Of a stretch of 64,000 bases of DNA, positions 49,342 through 63,023 are shown piece by piece. The DNA is from Squalus acanthias. Its lineage: Eukaryota. The notes under the pieces were generated by a model. The model did no database searches, was not told where the DNA came from, and saw only the letters and a list, made by a program, of their open reading frames with translations. Position numbers and translations under genes: made by a program. Every line of letters begins with the position of its first letter. Within the stretch, counting starts at the first letter, position 1. The stretch is taken from NCBI GenBank assembly GCA_030390025.1, contig CM059432.1, positions 109,122,001-109,186,000 of the forward strand. Reading direction: 5' to 3'.

Positions 49342-50107
49342 GACCCGTAATTTGCAGTCAGCGGCGAAGCAAAGGCGTTCGCTGCTGGCCCCGAAGAAAG
49401 CTCCCACAAAGAACTCTGTGGTGAGAAGTTTGGCTTTTTTGACGTTCAGTTGAGATTAGTGCAGTGTCGTGGGAATTCCCTCACGCGAGCTGCTGTGACG
49501 TCAACAAGCTGTCTTAGCAGCCAATCACAGTGCAGAATTGTCACAGACAGCGAACCAGGAAGTGAAGAAGCTCCTTTTATTCTAACTTTTTAAAAATGTT
49601 ATAGAGAGCAAAACAAAGATTGGGGCTCTCACATGGAGAAAAGGTAAACCTGAAATAAAGATGAACAAACTTTTAAAAAGTATAATTTTTTTAAAGTTTC
49701 TTAAAAATTGTAATTTTTATTAAAATGGAGAAATTTGCCACTCCACAAAGTTAAAATTAGTTTTTCAGGGCCATAACGTTTGTTTAGCAGTCAATACGCT
49801 TTTAAAACCGCAGTTACACATAATCCAAAAAGGTCTAACTTTTAGAGGGATATTTAATATTACTGCGGAAAAGCCGAAGTTTTCATCAGTTTCCTTGATT
49901 ACACTGATTGCCGGCTATGGGGGGTGGGGTTTGGGGGGGAGGGGCCACAGTGCAGCCAGTGTCGGAGCAGTGAATGACTGACCGCAACTTCAGGATGTCT
50001 GCATTAGGATGCGTATGTGCTAAATTCTGAAGCTGCGGTCAGTTTCAAAGGGGTAATAACAGCAAAAGAACATGTTTGCTGTTATTCCCCACCGCAAATT
50101 CCGGGCC
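49342..50107. mobile_element. Probable Harbinger-like MITE
   Basis: Imperfect TIR gacccgtaatttgcag / ccgcaaattccgggcc. No TSD match. Confidence 0.5.
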
Positions 50108-51773
50108 ATCGTAAATGCAGTACAGGTCTCAGGAGAATCGTTTTTAAATTGCTACAAAACACCAGGTAAAATGAGCTCAGATCCAGCTGCACCTAAAACT
50201 TGCATTTTCTGGTCTTTTGCATGGGGGTGGAGATATGCTAATGAGCCAAGTGGTGCTTTAACGGATGTAACTTGGGAGTGGCACAAATGATTGAGGAAAT
50301 TCGCTTGTAGTGATTCTTCGGCCTAAATCACTTACACGCGACTTTGCTCGGAAAAAAAATTGGTTCAACTCCGTTCTTACAACATAGTTATGTCGAAATC
50401 TTCCAGGATTCCGGGCCACAGATAGTAAATGTAAAAGAAAACAGAAATCCATTTAAAGATTAAAACATTAGAGGTGGTGTGGAGGCCTGAAAGCTGATAC
50501 ACTGTGAGCCCAAGCCATGCCATCATAGAGAGCTAATGAACAAATACCTCGCACAGGGAGGGAGAGAGATCCATCAATATTCCTTATTCTCATGTGCCTT
50601 CAAGCAACTGGTTTTAGAGCTGCATTGACCCAGCAGCAAGTCCCCCTGCTGTGAATAGCCTGTGGAGAGTGGTACCAACAACAACTTCCATTGATATAGT
50701 GCCTTTAATGTTAAAAAAAATTCCCAAGGTACCACGTAAATAGAAATCGGCAGGAAAAGGATGCAAAGCCATGGAGGGAGAGATTAGGAGGAGTTGACCA
50801 TAACCCTGGTTGAAAAGATTGCCTAATATTTGGCGGGCGCAAACTGGGTGCAGGGAACGATTCCTGTGCCTGGGTAGGCCCAATGTGCACCTGATATTGG
50901 GCCTCAGACCTCATTTAAATGAGACCAGCGAGCTGCGGACACCTGCTGGACGTCTCCAGGCAGCTCGCCAGCAAAGAGTCTTTGAATCTCGGTCCACTGC
51001 GTCACAGTCCTCAGGTTGGTCGTTAAAGGGGAAGGGATGCAATCGGGAGGGTGGGGAAACCGGGAAAGGGAGGGCAATCGGGACGGGGTGGACCATCAGG
51101 ATATCGGGACAGGGGTTGAAGCATCAAGAGGGGGGTCGATCGATAGCCAACAACAGCCCGTGGTTTTAATGTGGGGTTGGGTGGAGAACTCCGCCTCCCG
51201 GCTCCACATTCAGGTAAGTATTTTTTTTAAACGTGCCTTTATGGTGGCAACCTGTAGCAGTTCCTTTAATGCTCTGCCTGCATTCAGAGGGTTTGAAGCT
51301 CACTTTATGGTCTGAACAGGACTGGAGCAGTAGAAAGGAAAGGTTAGAAAATAGAAGAGGAGGTCTTATTCTCACCTTCGGGGGGGAATAAAATGTGAAG
51401 ATGCTATCTTGCAGTATTTGAAGGGAAGTGTTTTCTTTGGTGTCCAGTTCAATCAACAATGACGTGAGTCTACATTCATCATGAATTAGCACTAAACTGT
51501 TAACCAACAACATTTTGTGTCACAAAAATGAATTCTGTTAAATTGCGTGATTGATGTCTATTTCTAAATTATAATTTGGGAGCACATTCTCAAGTTGTCA
51601 ACCTGCCCTGCTGAAGCAGTGTTGTTAAATCTGGACTTATACCTTCCATTTTTGTATCAACCGATACAGGAAAACCAAGACCACTCAATTGGCAGAATAG
51701 GTTCCTCTTCAGTCAGGAGAAGAAGCACTGTCTTCAAAAAGATGTCCTCATCCCCAGCCCCTCCTGAGTCGCA

Positions 51774-52780
51774 CAACAACAGCAACAACTTGCATTTATA
51801 TAGTGCCTTTAACGTAGTAAAACATCACGAGGTGCTTCACAGGAACATTATCAAAACAAAATTTGACACCGAGCCGTATAAGGAGATGTTAGGGCAGAAA
51901 GAGGTAGGTTTTAAGGAGCGTCTTAAAGGAGGAAAGAGAAGTAGAGAGATGGAGGGATTTAGCGAGGGAATTCCAGAGTTTAGGACCTAGGCAGCTGAAG
52001 GCACAACCGCCAATGGTGGAGCGATTAAAATTGGGGATGTTCAAGAGGCCAGCTTTGGCGGAGTGCAGAGATCTCGGGGGATTGTAGGGCTGGAGAAAAT
52101 TACAGAGATAGGGAGGGGCGAGGCCATGGAGGGATTTGAAAACAAGGATGAGAATTTTAAAATTGAGGGGTTGCTTAACTGGGAGCCAATATAGGTCAGC
52201 GAGCACAGGGGAAATGGGTAAGCGGGACTTGATGTGAGTTAGGACACAGGCAGCAGAGTTTTGGATGACCTCAAGTTTATGGAGGCTAGAACTAGGGAGG
52301 CCGGCCAGGAGTGCTTTGGACTAGTCAAGTCTAGAGGTAACAAAGGCATGGATGAGGGTTTCAGCTGAGGCAAGGGCAGAGACTGGCGATGTTACGGAGG
52401 TGGAAATGGGCAGTCCTAGTGATGGCGCAGATATGAGGTAGAAAGCTCATCTCGCGATCAAATAAAACACCAAGGTTGCTAACAAACTGGGTCAGCCTCA
52501 GACAGTTGCCAAGGTGGAACCGGTGGCAAGGGAACAGAGTTTATGGCGAGGACCGAAGACAATGACTTTGGTCTTCCTGATATTTAATTGGAGGAAATTT
52601 CTGCTCATCCAGTGCTGGATGTCGGGCAAGCAGGCTGACAGTATAGAGACAGTGGAGGGGTTGAGAGACGTTGAGGAGAGGTAGATCCGGGTATCGTCAG
52701 TGTACATGTGAAAATTCACGCTGTGTCATCGGATGATGTCACCGAGGGGCAGCGTGTCGATGAGAAATAGGAAGGGACGA
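51774..52780 (-). mobile_element. L2 LINE 3' fragment
   Basis: FHMYTDDTRIYLS (RT YxDD region) and LYWLPVKQPLNFKILILVFKSLHGLAPPYL, with a (caa)n tail. Confidence 0.85.
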
Positions 52781-53641
52781 AGAAAAAAGCACAACACAGA
52801 AACCCAGTACTGGTTATAATTGGATGGAATGTTGCTATTTTTTCAATGACACTACACGTCCAGCACCTGTGAATGAATGATTGAATCATGCAGTGTCCTT
52901 TTAAATTGGTCTACTAGATTATTTCAACAACGTAGAACGTAAATCTGAACAAGTTAGCTTAAGATTGATAAACATGAGATAAAGATGTAGGAGAGGGATA
53001 TTTTGGTCTTACTCAGGTCTTTTGACTGTGGGGTAAATCTTCAGATATGGAGTTCCCAATGCAAAGCTTCACAGGAGCACATTTCAAAAAATTCAGGTGC
53101 TGAGGACATTGTGATTATCCAACTATCCATTTTAGTGGATGGAAAATCTTGCAGGGCCGCTGATCCCCCCCCCCTCACCTGAATTTCCGTCCACACTCCC
53201 ATTGCATGAAGCTTTCCATCTTGGGGGTTTTTTGTCATGCTTTTTAAACTTAACCGCCCCTCACCCAGCAAAAAGTTCAACAGCCTCAGACTTAGAGATG
53301 AACTTCAAAAGGATTGAAACCATTGAATCAATCTGCATTAGATCCAAATCTATGTCTCGATTTACAGGACCGAGGTAAGCATGGACTTGACCCTCGAAGT
53401 AAATATCATAAATACCGTACAGGACTAATTGGCTGACCCTTGGCTGCTCGTACTTGAACCACACTATTTGGTTGTTAAACATTTGCTTGTCATTCTGTTT
53501 CATTGGCTTAAGGCCTATTTAAATTGGTCGAAGAGGGGTGGCACTGAGTTGCCCCAGTGTCACCTGACAGAAGTCAGCACCAGAAGTGCCCCTTTTGAAG
53601 GGCACCACTACTACACTAATGTAACACTAATCAAACTGAAA

Positions 53642-54311
53642 GGGGGAAAAATTCGGTATCGACTATTTTGGGACGCTAACATCGCCTGGGCGCTAATTAG
53701 CGCCGGCGACTGCAAAATTGAGTTTTAGCGCCCCAAGAGGGAAGTGGAGCGTTAAATCAAGTGCCCCACTTCCTTCTTAGGACGCTAACGTCGGAGAGCT
53801 GATCAGAGACTTCAGCAGCGCTGCACACTGGGATGCGTTCAAAGGCTCCTTCCCTCCCTTAAAGGGAAGGGCCATCGCTGCAGGCTCTGCAATTTAAAAA
53901 GTACCTACCTGGACCACCAAGGCAGCTGCGATCCCGCGCGATCAGCCCGGCTCTCAAGCAGAGTGCCGCGCTGATCGATCGCGGGCAGGAACCCGCGAAA
54001 AAAACTAGAACAGGAAAGGTACGTTTTTTTTACTTACCTTGGCCACCTCGCCTTTAATCATCGACCCCGAAGCGGCCGGCCGCCCGATGCACGCCTCCTG
54101 CAGCTGTTGGTGTTTTCGACCGGCACTGAGGGGGCGGAAGTCAATTTCGGGTCTGGACGCTCCCGGGGCAATGCACATGGCGATGACGTTACGATCTCCG
54201 GGCGAAAGAGATCGGGGCGTAGCGCTGCCGCAAAACTCCCACTGAATATGGCGGGAGTCAATGTCAGCACCGCGCCCGGTCGCAAAGCATAAAGGCACCC
54301 AATTTCACCCC
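53642..54311. mobile_element. Harbinger-like MITE, family D
   Basis: gggggaaaaatt / aatttcacccc, AAA TSD, homologous to 8427-9092. Confidence 0.82.
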
Positions 54312-54687
54312 AAAGATTCTTAAAGTTAAGCAACAAAGTCCCATTCCAAAAAAAACAAAGGAACCTTATATAACTAAATCATGATGTTATCACAAGTGAC
54401 GATTAGACACTCTATTCCCTGCGGTTCCTATCGGACGGGGAAGGCCTCAAGTGTACTGGTGGACACCATCTGCTCCCTCTCCAATGCCACCCGGGCATGG
54501 ACAAGTCCTTAGAAAAGAGGCAGGACAGCCAGAGCCCACCGCAGTGGGTCGCACTCATCCTGGGCCTATGAATTTCATGGACTTAAGGACCTAGCAGTGA
54601 TCTAACAGCCATCTAACAACCAAGTGATATTTTTATTGAGGAGTTTTATTTTGCGCTGGTTTGTGTCTGTATTTCTTTCCCCCTATT

Positions 54688-54800
54688 TGTGTGCTGGACA
54701 TACGCGTGTGCTGGCCATCCATGTGTGCTGGTCATATGTGTGCACTGGACATAAATGTGTGCTAGACGTTCACGTGTGCTGAACATACGTGTGCGCAATA
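54688..54800. repeat. Degenerate ~15-19 bp tandem repeat (gtgtgctggacatac), about 7 units
   Basis: Directly visible. Confidence 0.75.
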
Positions 54801-56954
54801 CTTATTCCTGCGGTGCTCTGGAGAAGGTTCAGTCTATAGCGCCCTGACTTCTGCATTCCTGTATTGTTAAAATGCCATGCAGCTCTGAAAGGGCAGGTGC
54901 CCAGGAGAAATTTACTAGATTTACACCATTGTGTTGAATTATGTCCCACTGTCTGAAACTTCTGCCCCAGTGCTTTAGTTGTGTTCATTCCTATCAGTGT
55001 ATGGGATGATTTTTCAGACCCCACAATCGGCGCCATCTTGATTTGGAAGCGTTACTGTTGTACAGATGCGTTACCACAAGATGTCGTCATGTGCCTTGCT
55101 CACAAAAATTCTAGTGACACAGAAGTGATAAAACTATGCTGTGACTTCCAACATTTTCAGATGAGTTTTGAATCTCCCCACTTTGATCACAAACCAGTAA
55201 GTGCAGCAGGATTGCACAATTAGTGATTGTGAAGTACAGGACTGAGGAGACACATTAAACACGATTACCAGATGCTCTGGGAAAAGCAGCTGCTGGTACC
55301 TGATCAGCACAGCACATCACAATAAGAGTGGAAATACTGCAAGAATCAAAATCTCTTCCCTTACAAAATTCAATCTGTTAATCAATACAGTTATTGCAGT
55401 TATGTCAAGTAACAGGGCTGTGATAGCCAAATGAACCAGTTCATAAATTTAAATCAATTTGCAAAGACCATGACATTTGGGAGTAAGCCTTTTTCCATTT
55501 CTGTTCGAGTCAAGGTTATACTGGAATTTTTTTTGATTGGTCTTTACATCTCATGAAGGTCACCAAATAACTAAAATGCTGAAACTTAGTTCTTCTTTGC
55601 AGCCTGCATCAATGTGGGGAATTTTAGCCCCCAAGAACAGGTGGGTTGAGAGCGGGTGGGGGGTAAAAATTATTGATTTTTAGAGCAGGAGCGCAACCTG
55701 GCTCCAACGCACCACTTCTGGGTTTAACAGAGCTGCACTTGGATGCTGCAAGAAACCTACTTGCCGAAGTCGGGCAGGTACTTATTGGCACAATTAACGT
55801 CCTTAGGAGACGTTAATTAAGTATTTTAAAATTGTTTTTAACTTGGCCCCAAATTTTACTTGAGCAGCACTGGTTTCCCGGGACTCCGGAAAGTGAATAA
55901 GGAAACAAAGGTGTGTTTGAGCAGCAGTTCATGTGTGTATTTAAACTTGTCACTGTCCCATCTGAATAAAACCTCACTTATTGCAGCTGGTGTCTCAGTT
56001 CCCTCTGGCAAATGTTTGGCAGAGAGTGCTTGTGTCGATATAGCTTCATTCAACCTTTGAGGATTTCAAATTGACAAGATCAGGAAGGGAGGCTCCTTGG
56101 ATGTCTTTGACAGCACATCAGAAGAGGAAGACCATCACTATCCATGCCAGCGACGATGTGCTGTGGTGGGATCAGCACGTGCATAGGAGAGAGTTTTGCA
56201 GCTAGAGGAGGAGGAGCAGGATGAGGTGGAGGATGAAGATGGGGCATCCATCGCCAGCCCAGCTGCTTACATTGCTGCCCGGGATGCCAGGGATCCCCTA
56301 ATATCACAAAGGTTCACTTCGGCCAGAATTTTAATTGGGAGACGGGTTGGGAGCGGGGGTCTAGGACGCGATCGGGAAACCAGGGAGAACAGGTTTCCCG
56401 CAGGCCCTGCCAAATTTAACGGCAGGGCCTGATTAGCATTTCAAAGGTCTGTTTCCCACCCACAGCCAGCCCAATGGAGAGGGCAGGTAGGTCTGAGGCA
56501 CTGGGCCGCAGAGAAGAGGGAGGGATCGGGTTAGTGGTCGGGGGCCAGAGGAGGATTGGGGTGGGTGGGTGGAGAGAGGATTGGGGCCAGAGCATAGGTG
56601 GGGGTAGAGAGGAACGGGGACAACCTGAGGATCATCGGTTGAGGGGAAGCATTGGGGCTGGCCTGAAGATCATCAGTGGGGGAGTCTGGGAAGGCGATCG
56701 GAGGCCTTGTGGGGGGGATCGGAGGCCTCATGGATCATGGAGGGTGGGTGAGGCAGGGACGCTAGATCCACGAGGTAATTGTAAAGGCACTCACCTCATG
56801 GATCCAGCAGTCCTTGCCTTACTTTAGCGGGTTCTCTGAGGCCTGAGAAGCCTGACCAGCCACAGTTAAATTTGAAATGCCAGCCTCATTATAATATGTA
56901 AATGGTTGACTCGCCTCCTGGGAGGGTTGTGAGTCATTGGAATTTTCTACCCCA

Positions 56955-57157
56955 AAGACCGTGGATGCTGAGTCATTGAGTATATTCAAGGCTGAGATAG
57001 ATAGAATTTTGGACTCTAGGGGAATCAAGCGATATCGAGATCGGGCGGGAAAGTGGAGTTGAGGTCGAAGATGAGCCATGATCTTATTGAATGGCGGAGT
57101 GGGCTTGAGGGGCCATATGGCCTAGTCCTGCTCCTAGTTCTTATGTTCTTATGTTCT
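56955..57157 (+). mobile_element. CR1 3' end fragment
   Basis: ttcaaggctgagatagatagaatt...ttcttatgttcttatgttct tail. Confidence 0.8.
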
Positions 57158-57679
57158 GAAATACCCATGTGCATACCCTCAGTGAATTACAATTTTTTCA
57201 ACTTATGCTTCCCACCGCTTCTACATAGTGCTTTCACAGAGGTAGAGGCGGGCTGCTCAGATCCCTGCCCTGACTGCTGAGATGCTCTTGACCTACACCC
57301 TCTGGGTTTTGGAGCTCCTGGGGGCCCCGCCAAGACTTCTCCACCTGCACATGTGCAGGAGCAGACTTGGCCACCAGGAGACCAGGGAGCATGTCGGGTA
57401 CTGGCTGGAGGGGGAGCAACGAGTGAAAAGTGGGAGCACTTTGAGTGGAGTTCCCACTTTCATGTCCCTTTGACCATCATCCTTCTCCTGGGCCAATGCC
57501 ACATCACTCCTACCACTCTGCTGCAGACCACATTGGTGCAGATCAGTGAAGCGTTGTAAGGCCACGGATAAGGTATCTGTCATCCTGTTTAAGAATCATA
57601 GAATCATAGAAAGTTACAGCATGGAAGGAGGCCATTTCGGCCCATCGTGTCCGCGCCGGCCAACAAAGAGTGATCCAGC

Positions 57680-60558
57680 CTAATCCCACTTCCCAGCTCT
57701 TGGTCCGTAGCCCTGCAGGTTACAGCATCCCAAGTGCACATCCAAGTACGTTTTAAATGTAGTTAGGGTTCCTGCCTCTACCACCCTTTCAGGCAGTGAG
57801 TTCCAGACTCCCACAACCCTCTGGGTGAAGAAATTTCCCCTCAAATCCCCTCTAAATCTTCCACCAATTACTTTAAATCTGTGCCCCCTGGTTTTTGACC
57901 CCTCTGCTAAGGGAAATAGGTCCTCTGTATCCACTTTATCTATGCCCCTCATAATATTATACACCTCAATAAGGTCTCCCCTCAACCTCCTCTGTTCCAA
58001 GGAAAACAGACCCAGCCTTTCCAGTCTTTCCTCATAGCTAAGATTCTTTACTCCCAGCAACATCCTTGTAAATCTCCTCTGTACCCTCTCTAGTGCAATC
58101 ACATCTTTCCTGTAATGTGGTGACCAGAACGGCACACAATACTCTAGCTGAGGCCTAACTAATGTTTTATACAGTTGAAGCATAACCCGCCTGCTCTTGT
58201 ATTCTATGCCACGGCTAATAAAGGCAAGCACTCCGTATGCCTTCTTAACCACCTTATCTACTTGGCCTGCTACCTTCAGGGATCTGTAGACATGCACTCC
58301 AAGGTCCCTTTGTTCCTCTACACTACTCATTTAATGTATATTCCCTTTCCTTATTAGCCCTCCCCAAATGCATTACCCTCACACTTCTCCGGATTGAATT
58401 CCATTTGCCACTGTTCTGCCCACCTGACCAATTTATTGATATCTTCCTGCAGTCTACAGCTTCCTTCTTCAGTATCAATCACACAGCCGATTTTAGTATC
58501 ATCTGCAAACTTCTTAATCATACGCTCTATATTCAAGTCAAGATCATTGATATATACCACAAAAAGCAAGGGACCTAGTACTGAGCCCTGTGGAACCCCA
58601 CTGGAAACAGCCTTCCAGTCACAAAAACACCCATCAACCATTACCCTCTGCTTCCTGTCTCCGAGCCAGTTTTGAATCCAACTTGACACTTTGCCCTGGA
58701 TCCTATGGGCTTTTAACTTCGTGACCAGTCTGCCATGTGGAACCTTATCAAAAGCCTTGCTAAAGTCCATTTACACTACATCAAACGCACTACCCTCATC
58801 TATCCTCCTTGTTACCTCCTCAAAAAATTCGATCAAGTTTGTCAGACACGACCTTCCCTTAACAAACCCATGCTGACTATCCTTGATTAATCCGTGTCTT
58901 TCTAAATGAAGACTTATCCTGTCCTTCAGAATTCTTTCCAATAATTTTCCCACCACCGAGGTTAGGCTGACAGGCCTGTAATTACTCGGTCTATCCTTTT
59001 CTCCCTTTTTAAACAAGGGTACCACATTAGCAGTCCTCCAGTCCTCCGGCACCACACCTGAAGCCAGAGAGGATTGAAAAATGATGGTCAGGGCCTCTGC
59101 TATTTCCTCTTTTGCTTCGCTTAACAGCCTGGGATACATTTCTCCGGGCCTGGGGATTTATCCACTTTTAAAGTTGCTAAACCCCTTAATACTTCCTCTC
59201 TCACTATGTTTATTTCATCTAATATTTCACACTCCTCCTCCCTGATAGCAATGTCTGCTTCGCCCCTCTCCTTTGTGAAAACAGACGCAAAGTAGTCATT
59301 AAGAACCCTACCAACGTCTCCCGCCTCCACACACAGATTACCCTCATGATCTCTAATAGGCCCTACCCTTTCTTTAGTTATCCTCTTACTCTTAATATAT
59401 TTATAAAACATCTTTGGGTTTTCCTTGATTTTACTTGCCAAGAACTTTTCATGCTCTCTCTTTGCTTTCCTAATATCCTTTTTAATTGCACCCCTGCACT
59501 TTCTGTACTCCTCTAAAGATTTTGGAGTATTTAGCCCTCGGTATCTGTCATACGCCTTCCTTTTTTTCATTATCCTACCCTGTATGTCTCTAGACATCCA
59601 GGGGGCTCTGGATTTGTTAGTCCCACCTTTTTTCTTTAAGGGCACATATTTGGTCTGAACCCTCCGGATCTCCTCCTTGAATGCCTCCCACTGCTCTGAC
59701 ACTGATTTACCTTCAAGTAGCTGTTTCCAGTTCACTATGGCTAAATCCCCTCTGAGCTTAGCAAAATTTGCTTTTCCCCAATTTAGAATTTTTATTCCTG
59801 GTCTATCCTTGTCCTTTTCCATAACTACCTTAAATCTAACAGAATTATGGTCACTAGCACCAAAATGCCCCCCCACTGATATGCCTTCTACCTGCCCAGC
59901 TTCATTCCCTAAAACTAAGTCCAGAACCGCCCCCTCCCTTGTTGGGCTTGCTACTGACTGGCTAAAAAAGTTCTCCTGGATGCATTTTAGGAATTCCACA
60001 CCTTCTATACCCTTCACACTAATTTTATCCCAGTTAATATTGGGGTAGTTGAAATCCCCTACTATTACTGCCCTATAGTTTTTGCACTTCTCAGAAATTT
60101 GTCTGCATATTTCTTCTTCTATCTCACTCTCTCTGTTTGGGGGTCTGTAGTACACTCCCAGCAGTGTGATCATCCCTTTTTTGTTTTTCAATTCGACCCA
60201 TATGGCCTCGTTTGATGATCCCTCCAACATATCATCCCTCCTCACTGCTGTAATAGTTTCTTTAATCAATACCGCGACCCCCCCCCCCTTTTTTACCTCC
60301 CTCTCTATCCCGTCTGAAAATCCTGTAACCAGGAATGTTGAGCTGCCATACCTGCCCCTCTTTCAGCCACGTCTCTGTAATAGCTATAATATCATAGTCC
60401 CAAGTATCTACCTGTGCCCTCAGCTCATCTGCCTTGTTCGCTTTACTCCTTGCATTGAAGTATATACCATTTAGTACAGGCAAATCTCCTTGTTGACTAC
60501 TATCTAACCCTTGATTCCTCTGTCCTTCCAATTTATTTTCTATGTTTTTGTTTTCCAA
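57680..60558 (-). pseudogene. CR1 ORF2 (APE endonuclease + reverse transcriptase), frameshifted
   Basis: Consecutive ORFs 60262-60558, 59121-60269, 58771-59139, 58354-58770, 57680-58330: NARS, TETW, YRPP, SDH, GVPQGSVLGP, KFADD. Confidence 0.93.
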
Positions 60559-60617
60559 TTCCAGTTTTTCTTCCCTCCCTATTGACTCTATACTTAGGTT
60601 CCCACCCCCCTGCCAAG

Positions 60618-61566
60618 CTAGTTCAAACCCTCCCCACCAGCACTAGCAAACCCTCCCGCGAGGATATGGATCCCGTTCCTGTTGAGGTGCAACCCATGTG
60701 GCTCGTAGAGGTCCCACCTCCCCCTGAAACGGTTCCAATTCCTCAGGAATCTAAAGCCCTCCCTCCTACACCATCTCTGCAGCCACGCATTCATCGGCTC
60801 TATTTTCCTATTTCTGAACTCACTAGCACGTGGCACTGGGAGTATTCCGGAGATTACTACCTTTGAGGTCATGCTTTTTAACCTCTTTCCTAGCTCCCTA
60901 AACTCTGCCTGCAGGACCGCATCCCTCTTCCTACCTATGTCGTTGGTACCGATATGGACCACGACCTCTGGCTGTTTACCCTCACCCCTCAGAATGCCTT
61001 GCAGCCATTCAGTGACATCCTTGACCCTGGAACCAGGGAGGCAACATCCCATCCTGGAGTCACGTCTGCGGCCGCAGAAACGTCTGTCTGCTCCCCTAAC
61101 TATTGAATCCCCTATCACTGTTGCTCTCCCTCTCCTCATCCCCTCCGCCTCTGCAGCTGAGCCTTCCATGGTGCTGTGGACTTGGCTCTGGCTGCACTCC
61201 CCAGAGGAACCATCGACCTCACCAGTACTCAGCACCGAATACTGGTTGGTGAGCAAGATGGGCTCAGGGGACTCCTGCACTATGCCTAGTCCTCCCCTTC
61301 TGACTGACGGTCACCCATTCCCTCTCTGCCTGCACACTCTTAAGCTGTGGGGTGACCACCTCCCGAAACGTGTTATCCACGTAGCTCTCAGCCTCGCGGA
61401 TGCACAGCAGTGACTACAGCCGCCGCTCAAGCTCCGTAACCCGTTGCTCGAGCTGCTGTAGCTGGCGACACTTCCTGCACATGTGGTTGTCCAGACCACG
61501 GGAGGTGTCCAGCACTTCCCACATGGCACAGGATGTGCATTCCACGGGTGTGAGCTGCCCTGCCAT
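60618..61566 (-). pseudogene. CR1 ORF1 (Zn finger / leucine zipper + SGNH esterase), disrupted
   Basis: ATG 61566 MAGQLTPVECTSC...CRKCRQLQQLE; GDSIVRG, VHIGTNDIG and HGLHLN in ORF 60618-61280. Confidence 0.88.
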
Positions 61567-61660
61567 ACCTCTAATTGCGGAGAAGCCGGTGTTGGACTGG
61601 GGTGGACAAAATTGAGAGGTCGCACAACACCAGGTTATAGTCCAACAGTTTTATTTGAAA

Positions 61661-61702
61661 TCACAAGCTTTCGGAGCTGTCGATCGCCCCTTCCTCAGGT
61701 GA
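61661..61702 (-). ncRNA. Minimal type I hammerhead ribozyme motif
   Basis: Minus strand: tcac-CTGAGGA-aggggcgatcgacagctcc-GAAA-gc-TT-gtga. Stem I tcac/gtga, stem II ggggc/gctcc, palindromic AAGCTT. Confidence 0.72.
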
Positions 61703-62036
61703 AGTAGTAAAGAAATACAGACTCGACAAAGCATATATAGATAGAGAACAATGCATGTGTACCTTACAATTGCAGACAACTAAATTAAATCATCCTGACT
61801 ATCTGCCGAGGTGTGATAAAGTTAATCAGGTCAGCCAGGAAGGTACCACATCAAAGACATAGCAAGATACAACTGAGACAATGAGGTGGAGTCGCAGGGG
61901 GTCTAACGTGTCAAAAGCTGCCGTCTGTATGTAAAACGATAAGCTGTAAAATTTTTTTACTTTTTTACTGGGAAAATTTTTACTTTTTTACTGGGAATCA
62001 CATCTGTGAACAAGCCAACGACGACTCGAGTCCGGA

Positions 62037-63023
62037 TCACATCATGTATCGTGACATAAACCCAAGATCCCGGTTGAGACCGTCTTCATGAGTGCGGAAC
62101 TTGGCTATCAGTTTCTGCTCGATGATTTTGCGCTGTCGTGTGTTCCTAAGGTTGCCTTGGAGAACGCTTACCCGCAGATCCGAGGTTGAATGTCCTTGAC
62201 TGCTGAAGTGTTCCCCGACTGGGAGGTAACAATCCTGCCTGGTGATTGTTGCGCGGTGCTCGTTCATACGTTGTCTCAGTGTCTGCATGGTCTCGCCGAT
62301 GTACCATGCCACGGTGCATTCTTTCCTGCAACGTATGAGGTAGACAACGTTGGCCGAGTCACATGAGTATGTACCATGTACCTGGTGGGTAGTGTCCTCA
62401 CGTGTGATGGTGGTATCTGTGTTGATGATCTGGCATGTCTTGCAGAGTTTGCCGTGGCAGGGTTGTGTGGTGTCGTGGTCGCTGTTATCCTGAAAGCTGG
62501 GTAATTTGCTGCGAACGATGGTACTTCTGAGGTTAGGCGGCTGTTTGAAGGCAAGTAGTGGAGGCGTGGGGATGGCCTTAGCGAGGTGTTTGTCGTCATC
62601 GATGACATGTTGAAGGCTGCGAAGAACATGGCGTAGTTTCTCCGCTCCGGGGAAGTACTGGACGACGTAGGGTACCATGTTGGTTGTGTCCCGTGTTTGC
62701 CTTCTGAGGAGGTCTATGCGATTTTTCGCTGTGGCCCGTCGGAACTGTCGATCGATGAGTCGAGCGTCATATCCCGTTCTTACGAGGGCGTTTTTCAGCG
62801 TCCGTAAGTGTCCATCGCGTTCCTCCTCGTCTGAGCAGATCCTGTGTATTCGCAGGGCTTGTCCATAGGGGATGGCTTCTTTAACGTGGTTAGGGTGGAA
62901 GCTGGAGAAGTGGAGCATCGTGAGGTTGTCCGTGGGCTTGCGGTAGAGTGAAGTGCTGAGGTGTCCGTCTTTGATGGAGATTCGTGTGTCCAGGAATGAA
63001 ACCGATTCTGAGGAGTAGTCCAT
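62037..63023 (-). CDS. Penelope RT C-terminal region + GIY-YIG endonuclease (5'-truncated, frame open)
   Basis: FLD, YRKPTD, PC...C..C, VVYLIRC...WYIGET...RQRMNEH...GLNRD. Confidence 0.88.
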   Translation of the reverse strand: MDYSSESVSFLDTRISIKDGHLSTSLYRKPTDNLTMLHFSSFHPNHVKEAIPYGQALRIHRICSDEEERDGHLRTLKNALVRTGYDARLIDRQFRRATAKNRIDLLRRQTRDTTNMVPYVVQYFPGAEKLRHVLRSLQHVIDDDKHLAKAIPTPPLLAFKQPPNLRSTIVRSKLPSFQDNSDHDTTQPCHGKLCKTCQIINTDTTITREDTTHQVHGTYSCDSANVVYLIRCRKECTVAWYIGETMQTLRQRMNEHRATITRQDCYLPVGEHFSSQGHSTSDLRVSVLQGNLRNTRQRKIIEQKLIAKFRTHEDGLNRDLGFMSRYMM

